From the NCBI GenBank assembly GCA_002839825.1, contig PGYU01000013.1, forward strand, positions 1,920 through 65,919: a DNA stretch of 64,000 nt, written 5' to 3'. Source of the stretch: Ignavibacteriae bacterium HGW-Ignavibacteriae-1. Its GTDB lineage: Bacteria; Bacteroidota; Ignavibacteria; Kapaibacteriales; UBA2268. Within the stretch, counting starts at the first letter, position 1. Each line of letters opens with the position of its first letter. Shown here piece after piece: positions 38,336 through 48,604 of the stretch. The position numbers and the translations under genes are program-made. The notes beneath the pieces are model-generated. The model had not been told where the DNA came from, did no database searches, and worked only from the letters and a program-made list of their open reading frames with translations.

Positions 38336-40078
38336 ATGATGAAAGATAGAAAAATTGATACATTCCAAGTTAATTGTTTGAGCCATCAAACTTTTGTTTA
38401 TGCTATCCTTTTGCTTATGCTGATACTTATGTCATCATATTCAAAAGCAGAAACAGACACGCTCAACTGGGTTTTTACAGGAAATGCAAGTGTATCTTCA
38501 GACTTTTATTCAATCAATTCATCTCCCGAAAACAGTATCAATCGTCGCCGCCCTACAGATTTGCACAGATTACTCTACAATTCTAATTTGAAATACGGAA
38601 TTTTCGAGTTGCCAATAACAATAGTACTATCTTCCAATCAGACAAACTTTACAACTCAAGCTCCCGGGGCACAGACATTTATGCAATATTTGCAGAACCC
38701 GATGAATATAATAAGAATTGCCCCTCGAATTGGCGACCTGAGCCTTCAGTTTGGGTCATTTGTCCCTCGATATTCCGAGCTTTCCACCGGCAATGCCAAT
38801 GTATTCGGGCTTGGTGCTGAATATACTCCCGATAATCTTGCAATCTCGGTTTTTTACGGAATTTCGCAACGCGGAGTCGAATCCGATACTTTGCGCGGAA
38901 TTCGTGGGGCATATGAGCGACGGAGTTTGACCGCACGAGTGCATTATGGAAGCAAACGCACAGGGCTTATCGGTATAAACGTGGTCGCTGCCGAAGATGT
39001 CGAAAGTTCGGTGAAATCTCCAAGTTTGGAACTTTTTCCCGAAAGAGGCTTTTTGACTACGATTAATTTTCTCGTTCCATTCACTGAAAGAATTTTTCTG
39101 GAGGGCGAAGCAGGTGGTTCACTTTTCACTCGCAACACGCGAGACAATGAAATCGAGAGCAGTAGTTTAGAATTTTTGTCAGTTTTGACACCTATTAAGA
39201 CATCTACTCGAGCTGATGGTGCCGGAAGATTGAAATTCGGGATAGAATATGACACTTGGGGAATCGCAGCAAATGCGCTTTACGTAGGAGACGGCTACGT
39301 CCCATTGGGGTACAGGTTTTTCATGTCGGACAGATTAGAGCTGACTTTGATGCCGAAATTACGTTTGTTCGACGGCACTATTTTCGTTTCAGGCTCGATT
39401 GGCACACGCATTAACAATCTATCAAACACAAAATCCCAAACAAGCGAACAATTGTTGGCATCTTTAAATTCTGCAATTCGATTTACAGATTATCTCAGTC
39501 TCAATGCGGGATATTCAAACTTTGGATTCAGAAACAGGACAGATAATGACACGCTGAAAATTGATGTCATTTCATCATCGTTTAATATTTCGCCCAATCT
39601 GATTTTACGTGGACAAAAGCTGATACATTCGATTACGCTTAGTTTTGCATTCGATGATTACAAAGACTACAACACATTTACAACTGTAATCAACGAAAAT
39701 TCTACTCGCAGCATAACCGGTGTTCACGTAATCAACTTCACCGAAATGCCTTTGACGACAGATTTGACGCTTATGCAACTCACAAACGACATCAAGCCGT
39801 TCGAACTTAGCATCTATTCGATAATTGCAGGTGTGTCATACCGTTTTTTCGACAATACGCTCAATCCATCATTAAAAATTTCATACAATAACACAAGTTA
39901 CTCGGGAGCCGGTTCGGATAATTCAATCGGGTTCAGGGCAAAAGTGGCTTATATTTACAACAAGAGTTTGACATTTACTGCCGAGGCATCATCCAACCAA
40001 TATTCATACGGCGAATTGCGGAGTAATGCTTCCTTTGGCGAGACTTTCGTGCGACTTATGGTCGCATCAAGATTTTAG
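38336..40078 (+). CDS. Large outer-membrane beta-barrel protein of unknown function
   Basis: Signal peptide, continuous alternating amphipathic strands, YVGDGYVPLG motif and terminal Phe (VRLMVASRF). Confidence 0.75.
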   Translation: MMKDRKIDTFQVNCLSHQTFVYAILLLMLILMSSYSKAETDTLNWVFTGNASVSSDFYSINSSPENSINRRRPTDLHRLLYNSNLKYGIFELPITIVLSSNQTNFTTQAPGAQTFMQYLQNPMNIIRIAPRIGDLSLQFGSFVPRYSELSTGNANVFGLGAEYTPDNLAISVFYGISQRGVESDTLRGIRGAYERRSLTARVHYGSKRTGLIGINVVAAEDVESSVKSPSLELFPERGFLTTINFLVPFTERIFLEGEAGGSLFTRNTRDNEIESSSLEFLSVLTPIKTSTRADGAGRLKFGIEYDTWGIAANALYVGDGYVPLGYRFFMSDRLELTLMPKLRLFDGTIFVSGSIGTRINNLSNTKSQTSEQLLASLNSAIRFTDYLSLNAGYSNFGFRNRTDNDTLKIDVISSSFNISPNLILRGQKLIHSITLSFAFDDYKDYNTFTTVINENSTRSITGVHVINFTEMPLTTDLTLMQLTNDIKPFELSIYSIIAGVSYRFFDNTLNPSLKISYNNTSYSGAGSDNSIGFRAKVAYIYNKSLTFTAEASSNQYSYGELRSNASFGETFVRLMVASRF

Positions 40079-40105
40079 TGCTAATTTTCTAAGGGAGTTT
40101 GAATT

Positions 40106-43100
40106 ATGAGGAAAATATTACCAATTTCCTTGCTTTTATTAGCAAGCATTTTTACAAGTTCGTTCGGACAATTGAACGTCCAGTTGGCTATTTCTCCCAA
40201 TCCGTCGCCATATCTGTCGGATTGGCAGGAAAGGAGAGAAACAGCAACGATGATAATAACAAACTCATCTTCAGACCAATTTTTTGTAAAGTTGCATACT
40301 CGAATATATCAGGGTGGATTCTCGGACGGCGAAATTCAAGCCCAGACGATTACCGAGAGAATGCCTGTGATGTTTATTGAACCAGGCGTCACAGTTTTGG
40401 ATGCTACGGAGTTGATTCCATACGAATCAATGGAATTTTACGGACATGTAAATGAAGTTGTGATACGAACAGGAAAATTACCTGCAAATAATTATACGAT
40501 TTGTGTTCAACTTTTGGATGCTGAATTAAACGAACCCTTGACGCAAGACCAATGTCGGCAGTTCTTTATAACCGATTATCAAGGTCCTATGTTGCTTTTG
40601 CCGGAAAATTTGAGCGAATTAAAACCGGAATCTGTGAGTAATATAATTTTCCGTTGGACTCCTGTAGTTCCGCAGCCATTCGAGCCGGTTACTTATACTG
40701 TCGCAGTATTTGAAGTATTGCCCGGACAATCGCCCGATATGGCATTTCAGGCAAATTTCCCGATTCTGACTAAAGAGGCGATGAATACGAATTTTACTCT
40801 TTGGACTCCGGATTTCGATTATCCTCAAACGGGAATGCAGTATATTTGGAGCGTTCGGGCTCTTGATTCGCGTGGAAATCCCTTGGGGCAAAATGACGGT
40901 TGGGCAGAGCCATTTATATTCAACGTCATAGAACGTAGCAGCGGATTTGGCGGTAATTGTTCGTGCGAGGATGTAAAGAAAACGATTGAAACTCGAGATT
41001 GCAAATCATGCTATTCGATTGAAGTAGCAGGATTGCCGATTGATATTAATTGCGGTGTCCCGATTTATCTTTCTGAGGTCAATTCACTTGTTACAGTCAA
41101 AAGTGATTTTCCGGTTGATTGCGGCGAGCATAGTTGGCTGTTGACGGGTACCGTATTTAAACCCAATCCTGAATATTTGACAACTGATGCCAATGCTTCA
41201 AAATATATTACTGAACAAATTGAAATTCCGCTATCAAATACAAATACTGCTAACTTCGAGAGTTTTGGTTGGGGCAAATTCGAGCTTATTCATTCTATTA
41301 ATGGTCTGACTATTTCAAGATTTCCATTTTTCTCGGACGAGCCACCAAGCGACGAGGTGCCAATCGCCAAAGGCGGTCATTTTATTAAAATTGTCAGCCC
41401 GCAAGATGCTTGTGTCGGCTCGGTAATTAGCGAAGTGGTTGACGGAATGGTAACTATCACATGGGAATCAACCGGAGAATTCGTTGATTTCGAGGTGGTA
41501 ATTTTGGAAAATCCCTGCGGTAGATACCGTTATCCGGTTCCAAGCAAAGTGCCCGCAATTAAAGTGCCTGCAATGTCGCGAGTGCCATACGAAGGCGAAA
41601 TTGAAGGTGAAGGCGAAGGTGGCGGTGGCGTTGTTCGTGAAGTACATAAAGAAAAAGTTACAGGTCGCGAAACTCGTTCAGATTGGAGTACGACAAATTC
41701 TGTAGTTGTGCCACTGGCTGAATTTCTTGATGGAGGTGATGCATTTATCGTACAAATTGAGGGAAATGCCACATCAACAAATGGCGAATTTTTTATGGTT
41801 TACTCCGAGCCAATTTGCTCCAGATATCGCCCGCTTGATTCTGATGGCGTACCAGTTGAGACTACGCCATGCTATCCACCAAGTCACCCCGAAAATGCCT
41901 GTATGCCCAATGTTAAAACCTTGCCCGGAAGCGAAATCTCACTTGGCGTATATTCAGAAGACTTAAAGTTGTTCGAATATCCGCGAGCTGTAGCTATGAC
42001 TGCCGATGCTGTGGATTGGGACATGGTTGAAGTTCAGTGTAATCCAAACGAAGATTGCCCCGAAACTCGGAGTATGGAACAATTCGCGGTTCGCGATTTT
42101 GTTAGCCCAACTCAATATAAATGGGAGCTCATCGGCAAGGGTTCACTCAATGACCCATTCGATGTCGGCAATATTTCGCAACTTACAAATGACATTAATG
42201 ATATTGTCAAAAAAATCGCTGAATTGAAAGAAAGAATTGATTCACTCAATCGTGCAAAAGATTTAAGAGTAAGCACACTTAAAACTCAGCAAGAAAATGC
42301 TGAAAAGCAAATCACAATCACAGACAGCACTATCAAAATATTAAGAGATTCGTTGATAACAATCACTCGAACTTTGACTGAAAAACGAGACAGCTTGACA
42401 ATCATCATAAACGAGCGGATTGTTTTGAGTGATAGGATTATTTCAAAGCGTGATTCGGTTGACGGTGTGATTTTGGATTCCATTTCATATTATGACGAAC
42501 TGCTGTTAAACAAGCCCAGCAGCTACGAACTCGGATTATACGATGAAATTGCGGACGCTCGTGATGAAGTTGATGACGCGAATAAAGACTTGCGGCAATC
42601 TCAGACAGACCTCGCCGACGAAGCCAAACGATTGCAAGATGAAATTATTCAAGCGTCCGATGCCGTTAAAACCCAACAAGATGTAGTTAATAATATCAAC
42701 AATCAGATTGAGGGAAATCAGCAAAGGGTAATATTTTTCGAGCGGCAGGCATATAAACTATTCGGTCAATTCGCTACTGTTGCTCGGAATTACATGCGCG
42801 AACGCGACCAATATCGTCGTTCAATGAGCAATTTCATCATTCAAAATTTTGATTTTGGTAGCGATATTCACGACACATTAACTAATATTTTCCAATTTGC
42901 CGATAATGTAGCCGAAGACATTATCGGCTCGACAAATCAACAATATCGAATGACGCGCCTTGCAATTTTCGATTCGCTTAATGTATCGTTTGCAAATGTA
43001 GCCGATGATAGTTGCAGAGCGAAATCTGATTCATTGCGTCGTGCTTTGTGCTCATCATCGCTTACATTTGTTTCGAGCTCATATACACTTTATCGTCAAG

Positions 43101-46100
43101 CGTTGAGTTCCGCAATTGTTCAGAATTTTGTTGTGGATACATCTGCGATTGACAGCATTAAAAAGTACAGAAATATAGTTCGTTCTTTAGAGCCACAACT
43201 CCAAACAGCCAAAATTCAGTTGGAACAAACTTATGATGCTTATAATCAAGCTTTGGAAAATGATTCGACAACAATAGCACAGATTTTACAAGCACAAAAA
43301 GACCTCAAGGACTCGATTACAGCTCGAGAACAACGCTTGGCAAAGGTGGAAACCGAATTACGCGATACCGTAAGCAACCGAGAAGAGAAATTCACCAATA
43401 AACGCGTCGAATTTGTTGACCGGAAAGCCTTCCATGAGGAATTTCGCCAAATGACTATAATTGATATATCACGCCTGAGTGATACTGTCCAAGTGAAAAT
43501 ATCGGATTCGACTGTGTGCATTACGGAGATAATCAAAATCCAAAGTGATAGCACTATAATCGAGAGCGATATTAAAATTCAAGAAGAATTGCTCAAAACG
43601 CTTCAAGATATTCTTGCACTCGATTCGAATGACATCAAAAAAGAAATTGATGATATGATAAGCAAACTCGAAGACGAAATCAAAGCCTTAGAAGACAAAC
43701 TTAAAGCACTGAAAGACAGTTTAAATGTGAGTTTTGCAGGTACGAAAACTGCAACCGGTCCTAAAGTCTATTATATCCCGCCACCCTTGGAAGATATAAT
43801 GAAAGATAAAGCGAGATTTGAAGAACTAAAAGATTCAGTTGCCAAAGCCGAAACAGACTTATTATTGGCAAAAGCCGAAAAAGAAGCAGGGCAAAAACAA
43901 TTAGCGAGAATGTTAGAGAGAATTGGGCGCTCATTAATTCAATATGTTAATGCTGAGGAAAAAATCAGCGAGCTGGAAGATGCGAAAAATGAGGCAGAGG
44001 ATAAACTCGGCGAAGAAGACGAAGAATCCAAAGAATATGGCGAAAGATTAGACGGAATCCGCCAAACTGCCGAATCTGCTAAAAATACATCCGAGCAAAG
44101 ACTAAATGATTTGGACCCTGACAAAATCAAGAGTGAGCTTGTTGTTATCAATCAGGACATCGTGACCAAGAAAGTTGACGTTGCCGACGCACTCAATGAT
44201 TTCAATGATTCATACCTTGATTTAATAGACAAATCCTCCAATCTCGGTCAGTATAGAAAACAATTACAAGCACTGACAAAACAATATGAGTCTACGCTTG
44301 ACCGTGCAAATGAATTAAAAACAGCACTCACTCAATCACAAAACGAAGTTGCCCGTATGCGAGCTTTGAATGATTATGCAAGGACTCAATGGGCGAATGC
44401 TGATTTGGATAAAAATGAACAAGCATATCAAAACCAACAAGACAAAATTCAGCTTTTGGTAACGGCAATTCAAGTATTGCTCCAAAATCATAACAGCACT
44501 ACTAATCAACAATCAGACGCCGAAGATGAGTTTATGGAGAAAATCGGCAAAGTAGCCGAAAAAATGGAAGAATTAAGTGATTTATTTGATAATTATTTCG
44601 AAAAATGGAATGAATATCAGGCAGAAAAGCTGCAAGTCGCACATTGGAAAGTAACTAAAGTCAAAGCTGAAGACCTCGAAGGCAAAGTAGATGATGCCGA
44701 AACCAAACTCAACCAAATGATAAAAACTGATAGCCTTGATAAGCAATTCGACGTCACAAAAGTAGATGATGAACTGAGGAAATATCAAGACGCAAAATCA
44801 AATGCTGATTCGGCTATTGCCGAAATCGTAAGAAAAGGCAAGGATTTGCTCGATGAATTAGATAAGAAAATTGAAGAAGCCGAAGATAAAGTTGTTGAGA
44901 AAAAGGAGGATTTACGCAAATTTTTATTAAATGAATTTAACACCGTTGACCTCGTCGTTCAGCTCAAAGTAACTGTAGATGATGATGTAGTTGACGGATT
45001 TCGTTATGACGACAGCCAAAAAATCAAGTCAAAAGAACTTAGATATATGTCCAAGCGTGTGCCGGAATTCGCCAATGAATACCCCGAAGTATCGCCTCCG
45101 CCTATTGACTTAATGGCGGGAGAATGTATGGTGAAATATAATTTCGATAAAGACCCCCCAATCACAGCTACCGACCCGAGCTTCTACAGAAAAGAACCTC
45201 GCACAATTGCACTTGTTTACAAAAATGGCGAGCCGCTTTGGCCCGAATGGCCCGTAATTGAAAACTCTGCTCCTACATTGTCTAAAGATATTGTGATTAT
45301 GGCAGGGAATGCCCAAGATACTGATGATTTCTCTATTACCTGCGGCACTGATTGCGATACAAAACCCCTCAAAAGCGGAATTATTGAATTGCCGCAATAC
45401 ATTTGGCGAGGTAATGGCAAATATTATCAGATTAACACGGCAAATTTAGAACATCAAGTCCTTGCTTTTTGGGAGCCGCCGGATGTGCCTCAACCATTTT
45501 GTGAAAAAGATTTCGAGGTAGTCAATGACTTCCGGGCAGCTCGGAAGGGACCCGATGACGATGTCTTGGACAAAAAGACTAAACCCCTGATTGTTCCCGG
45601 TGTGTTGATTGAAGTACCCGAAAAGATGATTGGTTGGTCCGAAAAGAAAGATTCAATCAAGGCAAGAGTTGTTAAAGGTGACCACACCGGGCTTGCGGGA
45701 GAAAAAATCGAATACTCTGTCAAACTGCTCGTGGGTCGCTCAGAAGATTACGGATTTCCAACTGATTCTGTCAAAGTCGTTACAACTGATGGTGACGGAT
45801 ACGCACCAATTGAATTCAACTTCGGCAAAGGATTTGCAAAATTTGAAATCAAAGTGAAATGGTTCCGAAAAGATACTTGCGAAATTAAAACAATTGAAGT
45901 CGAATCCCCACTCAAGATTCAAATGCTCCGATTTGCTTCGGGATTGAGCAAAGAAGCTTTAGATGGCGCCATGAAAATATGGGATGGCGCATCTGTTCAA
46001 GACATTGCCGGCACGATGAGCACTGATGACGAAAAGAGAATTTACGGAATTGCAGGTTTGTTCGATAATTATCCGAATTTTATCAACGAAGAGTATATAA

Positions 46101-48586
46101 ATTACGAACTTGATGACCCGAAACTCGCTGTTGACCCTGATTCTGTCGAAACCTCATTATTCGGCATTGCCGTCACCTATATAGATGGCGATGTCCCCGA
46201 AAATGCAAAATTGGAGTTGACTGCACGTTGCGAAGAAGTTTTCGAACCCATTGCTGACCCATATGAAGATTCGATGGAGCTAAATACCACAAAAGAAGAC
46301 AGATTCAAAATCGGCATTGATAAGTCAATTTTTACCGTTGTGATGGATGAACCATTCACAGTTGGCGAATTGATAAGCGGAACGGGAAAACTTGAAATCG
46401 CTCCGGGCGGGCTTAATCCGGCATTTTTGACTCAACTTCTGAACATTGTTTTAGTCGCTGACGATATTTTCGTCGAAAATGAAGGGCAAGACATTGTAGC
46501 TCAATCCGGCAGAGTAATTTGGGAAGCCCCTGACGGCTTATCGGCGGATTTGCCGGGCTTCACATTTACATTAGATTCGCTGTCTTTGCGGGCGAAGCAA
46601 GCTGCTCAAATGGGTGGAAAAATTTCCAGTTCCAGCGACAAATTGCCTCACCCTGTTGGATTTGACGCTGAATTATATTCTGACGGTGAATTTTTCGGCA
46701 ATGTTTATAATTTACCGGAAATAAATATTTCATCTTTCCGGCTAAACCAAGGAACTTCACTCGCAATTGATTGGTCGAGCACTCGTTCTGTTGCCGGATT
46801 TAACAACAGCTTCAAGGGTATCGTAATCCGAACTGCAACTCTCGAGTTTCCCAATGTTTTCTCTCGAGAAAATTCACCCGATAAAATGGCTCTTATTGTT
46901 GACAATTTTGGAATTTCAAGAGAGGGTGTTCAAGGCACAATTGCACTAAAAGGTGAGGTGACGGGCGGATTTGCAGGTTTTGAAATGACTTTGGAGCAAA
47001 TCGCACTCGAATTCGAAATGGGTAAATTAAATCCCAAAACAATCACGCTCGAAGGTAATCTCACACCACCCTCAAACATTGTAGATGGTACAATTGCATT
47101 CAAAATCACCAAATCCGGCGATGATTGGATTGGCGAGATGACTACTAAGGGTGAAATTCTCGTCCCTTCAATCGGATTGACGATTGCCTTAAATGACGGC
47201 ACTAAGGCTGAATGGAATACTGCCAAAGAAGAAGGCTCATTGCTCGTCAACGGCATGTTTAAGTCCCGATTTACAGGGGAAATTAATTTAGAAAATCTGA
47301 AAATCACGTCCGGTGGAGAGATAGATGCTGATGCTGTCCGTGTGAAAACTGACGCTGCTCTTGTTATTCGCGGATTCAATCTCAATCTCGATGAAGTAGC
47401 TTTAGTTCGAGTTTCCGGGGAAGGCTCTACATCTCAGTATGCTATCGAAGTGTCCGGTGGATTTGGCTTCCCGAGCATTCCGGTCAAGAAAATCGAAGGC
47501 AAATTAATCGTCAGCCCGGGATTGAAAATCGCAGTCGAAGTTTCTGATGCGGAAATTTCATTCGAGTACGGTCCCGTCGAATTTAGCGGCAAAGTACAAT
47601 TTGGAAATAATTATTTCAAGGGTGATTTTGATGTCGGGCTTAAGCAACCCAAATTTGGGCTAAAATGTTCTTTCATAATTGGTACTCAGGAAATCGATTC
47701 CGTTAATTATTACACTTATTGGTATGCAGAAATGCAACTTGCGCTCGGTCCAACAGGTATTCCACTTGGTAGCACAGGGCTTGCTATCACAAGGATTGGC
47801 GGTGGAGTGGGTTGGAATTACGACCCGCCAGTTGGTTCGCAGGAAGGTGCGCCGCGCAATACTGACGGATTCGCATTCAAGGCTCTGATTGGCATCGGTA
47901 CTGTGCCCGGAGGTAAATTCCTGAATAGTCTCTTCACGATGGTCTATACTCCATCTAAGTTTTCGCTCGGTGGCAAATTATGGTTACTCGAACAAGAGGA
48001 TAATATATATGGCGAAGGTGTTTTGAATCTTTATTTTGACACTCAATCACCAAATGCTATTGATGGTTTCGTAAAAAGCTTTGTGGGAATTCCCGACGCA
48101 GAAGGAAAAATTATTCGTTTAGACGTCAAAATTAATTATAAAATAACTCGCGGCGGCAGTATTAGCGTAGAAAGCGAAACACTCAATGGTGCTGTTTTGG
48201 ATTTACTGAAAGCCGAAGGAACTGTTGTAATTAACGAAAATATTATTGATTTGAACGGACGAATATTTCTCGAATTCTACAATGATGATATTAGCGTTGC
48301 CGGAGTTTTGACCTTAATTGTTGATTTCAAAGCCGAAGCATCAGGCTCATTCAAATATTTAGTGAAACAAACGCGGCTATTCGCAGGCGTGAAATTTGAA
48401 GGACATATTGACATCAATCTCGATACTCCATTTGGTGTTGCCGATATATTATCAGCTCAAGCGGAAGTGAATATGCAATTAGACGCTCGCCCAAGTCGAA
48501 TCGAAGCGCGCGGTTTTGCATTTTTCTCCTATAGTGCATGGATTTATAGCGGCAATGCAAAAGTAGATTTTGGTTTTACAATTTAA
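40106..48586 (+). CDS. Giant 2826-aa exported protein: TANFOR-like N-terminus, Ig/FN3-like domains, about 900 aa of coiled coil, invasin Big_1-like domain and beta-rich C-terminus
   Basis: Signal peptide, SPYLSDW, GKLPANNYTICV, FRWTP...YIWSVRA, heptad E/K/Q/L-rich segments, VTTDGDGYA, and a Gly/aromatic strand-rich tail with YWYAEM...IGGGVGWN. Confidence 0.8.
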   Translation: MRKILPISLLLLASIFTSSFGQLNVQLAISPNPSPYLSDWQERRETATMIITNSSSDQFFVKLHTRIYQGGFSDGEIQAQTITERMPVMFIEPGVTVLDATELIPYESMEFYGHVNEVVIRTGKLPANNYTICVQLLDAELNEPLTQDQCRQFFITDYQGPMLLLPENLSELKPESVSNIIFRWTPVVPQPFEPVTYTVAVFEVLPGQSPDMAFQANFPILTKEAMNTNFTLWTPDFDYPQTGMQYIWSVRALDSRGNPLGQNDGWAEPFIFNVIERSSGFGGNCSCEDVKKTIETRDCKSCYSIEVAGLPIDINCGVPIYLSEVNSLVTVKSDFPVDCGEHSWLLTGTVFKPNPEYLTTDANASKYITEQIEIPLSNTNTANFESFGWGKFELIHSINGLTISRFPFFSDEPPSDEVPIAKGGHFIKIVSPQDACVGSVISEVVDGMVTITWESTGEFVDFEVVILENPCGRYRYPVPSKVPAIKVPAMSRVPYEGEIEGEGEGGGGVVREVHKEKVTGRETRSDWSTTNSVVVPLAEFLDGGDAFIVQIEGNATSTNGEFFMVYSEPICSRYRPLDSDGVPVETTPCYPPSHPENACMPNVKTLPGSEISLGVYSEDLKLFEYPRAVAMTADAVDWDMVEVQCNPNEDCPETRSMEQFAVRDFVSPTQYKWELIGKGSLNDPFDVGNISQLTNDINDIVKKIAELKERIDSLNRAKDLRVSTLKTQQENAEKQITITDSTIKILRDSLITITRTLTEKRDSLTIIINERIVLSDRIISKRDSVDGVILDSISYYDELLLNKPSSYELGLYDEIADARDEVDDANKDLRQSQTDLADEAKRLQDEIIQASDAVKTQQDVVNNINNQIEGNQQRVIFFERQAYKLFGQFATVARNYMRERDQYRRSMSNFIIQNFDFGSDIHDTLTNIFQFADNVAEDIIGSTNQQYRMTRLAIFDSLNVSFANVADDSCRAKSDSLRRALCSSSLTFVSSSYTLYRQALSSAIVQNFVVDTSAIDSIKKYRNIVRSLEPQLQTAKIQLEQTYDAYNQALENDSTTIAQILQAQKDLKDSITAREQRLAKVETELRDTVSNREEKFTNKRVEFVDRKAFHEEFRQMTIIDISRLSDTVQVKISDSTVCITEIIKIQSDSTIIESDIKIQEELLKTLQDILALDSNDIKKEIDDMISKLEDEIKALEDKLKALKDSLNVSFAGTKTATGPKVYYIPPPLEDIMKDKARFEELKDSVAKAETDLLLAKAEKEAGQKQLARMLERIGRSLIQYVNAEEKISELEDAKNEAEDKLGEEDEESKEYGERLDGIRQTAESAKNTSEQRLNDLDPDKIKSELVVINQDIVTKKVDVADALNDFNDSYLDLIDKSSNLGQYRKQLQALTKQYESTLDRANELKTALTQSQNEVARMRALNDYARTQWANADLDKNEQAYQNQQDKIQLLVTAIQVLLQNHNSTTNQQSDAEDEFMEKIGKVAEKMEELSDLFDNYFEKWNEYQAEKLQVAHWKVTKVKAEDLEGKVDDAETKLNQMIKTDSLDKQFDVTKVDDELRKYQDAKSNADSAIAEIVRKGKDLLDELDKKIEEAEDKVVEKKEDLRKFLLNEFNTVDLVVQLKVTVDDDVVDGFRYDDSQKIKSKELRYMSKRVPEFANEYPEVSPPPIDLMAGECMVKYNFDKDPPITATDPSFYRKEPRTIALVYKNGEPLWPEWPVIENSAPTLSKDIVIMAGNAQDTDDFSITCGTDCDTKPLKSGIIELPQYIWRGNGKYYQINTANLEHQVLAFWEPPDVPQPFCEKDFEVVNDFRAARKGPDDDVLDKKTKPLIVPGVLIEVPEKMIGWSEKKDSIKARVVKGDHTGLAGEKIEYSVKLLVGRSEDYGFPTDSVKVVTTDGDGYAPIEFNFGKGFAKFEIKVKWFRKDTCEIKTIEVESPLKIQMLRFASGLSKEALDGAMKIWDGASVQDIAGTMSTDDEKRIYGIAGLFDNYPNFINEEYINYELDDPKLAVDPDSVETSLFGIAVTYIDGDVPENAKLELTARCEEVFEPIADPYEDSMELNTTKEDRFKIGIDKSIFTVVMDEPFTVGELISGTGKLEIAPGGLNPAFLTQLLNIVLVADDIFVENEGQDIVAQSGRVIWEAPDGLSADLPGFTFTLDSLSLRAKQAAQMGGKISSSSDKLPHPVGFDAELYSDGEFFGNVYNLPEINISSFRLNQGTSLAIDWSSTRSVAGFNNSFKGIVIRTATLEFPNVFSRENSPDKMALIVDNFGISREGVQGTIALKGEVTGGFAGFEMTLEQIALEFEMGKLNPKTITLEGNLTPPSNIVDGTIAFKITKSGDDWIGEMTTKGEILVPSIGLTIALNDGTKAEWNTAKEEGSLLVNGMFKSRFTGEINLENLKITSGGEIDADAVRVKTDAALVIRGFNLNLDEVALVRVSGEGSTSQYAIEVSGGFGFPSIPVKKIEGKLIVSPGLKIAVEVSDAEISFEYGPVEFSGKVQFGNNYFKGDFDVGLKQPKFGLKCSFIIGTQEIDSVNYYTYWYAEMQLALGPTGIPLGSTGLAITRIGGGVGWNYDPPVGSQEGAPRNTDGFAFKALIGIGTVPGGKFLNSLFTMVYTPSKFSLGGKLWLLEQEDNIYGEGVLNLYFDTQSPNAIDGFVKSFVGIPDAEGKIIRLDVKINYKITRGGSISVESETLNGAVLDLLKAEGTVVINENIIDLNGRIFLEFYNDDISVAGVLTLIVDFKAEASGSFKYLVKQTRLFAGVKFEGHIDINLDTPFGVADILSAQAEVNMQLDARPSRIEARGFAFFSYSAWIYSGNAKVDFGFTI

Positions 48587-48604
48587 TTAATTCGGATAAA
48601 AATA

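Noticed and set aside
40070-40090. TTAGTGCTAA as a CIRCE element
   Set aside because: Only a half-site-like palindrome overlapping a stop codon, lacking the N9-spaced partner.
40955-41015. CSC and CKSC motifs in the giant protein as possible heme sites
   Set aside because: Neither is CxxCH (CKSC is followed by Y); they are more likely disulfides in an exported protein.
40106-48586. Giant protein as an SMC ATPase, phage tape-measure protein or polymorphic toxin
   Set aside because: It has a Sec signal peptide, no Walker A/B motifs, no phage neighbours, no recognisable toxin tip and no adjacent small immunity ORF.
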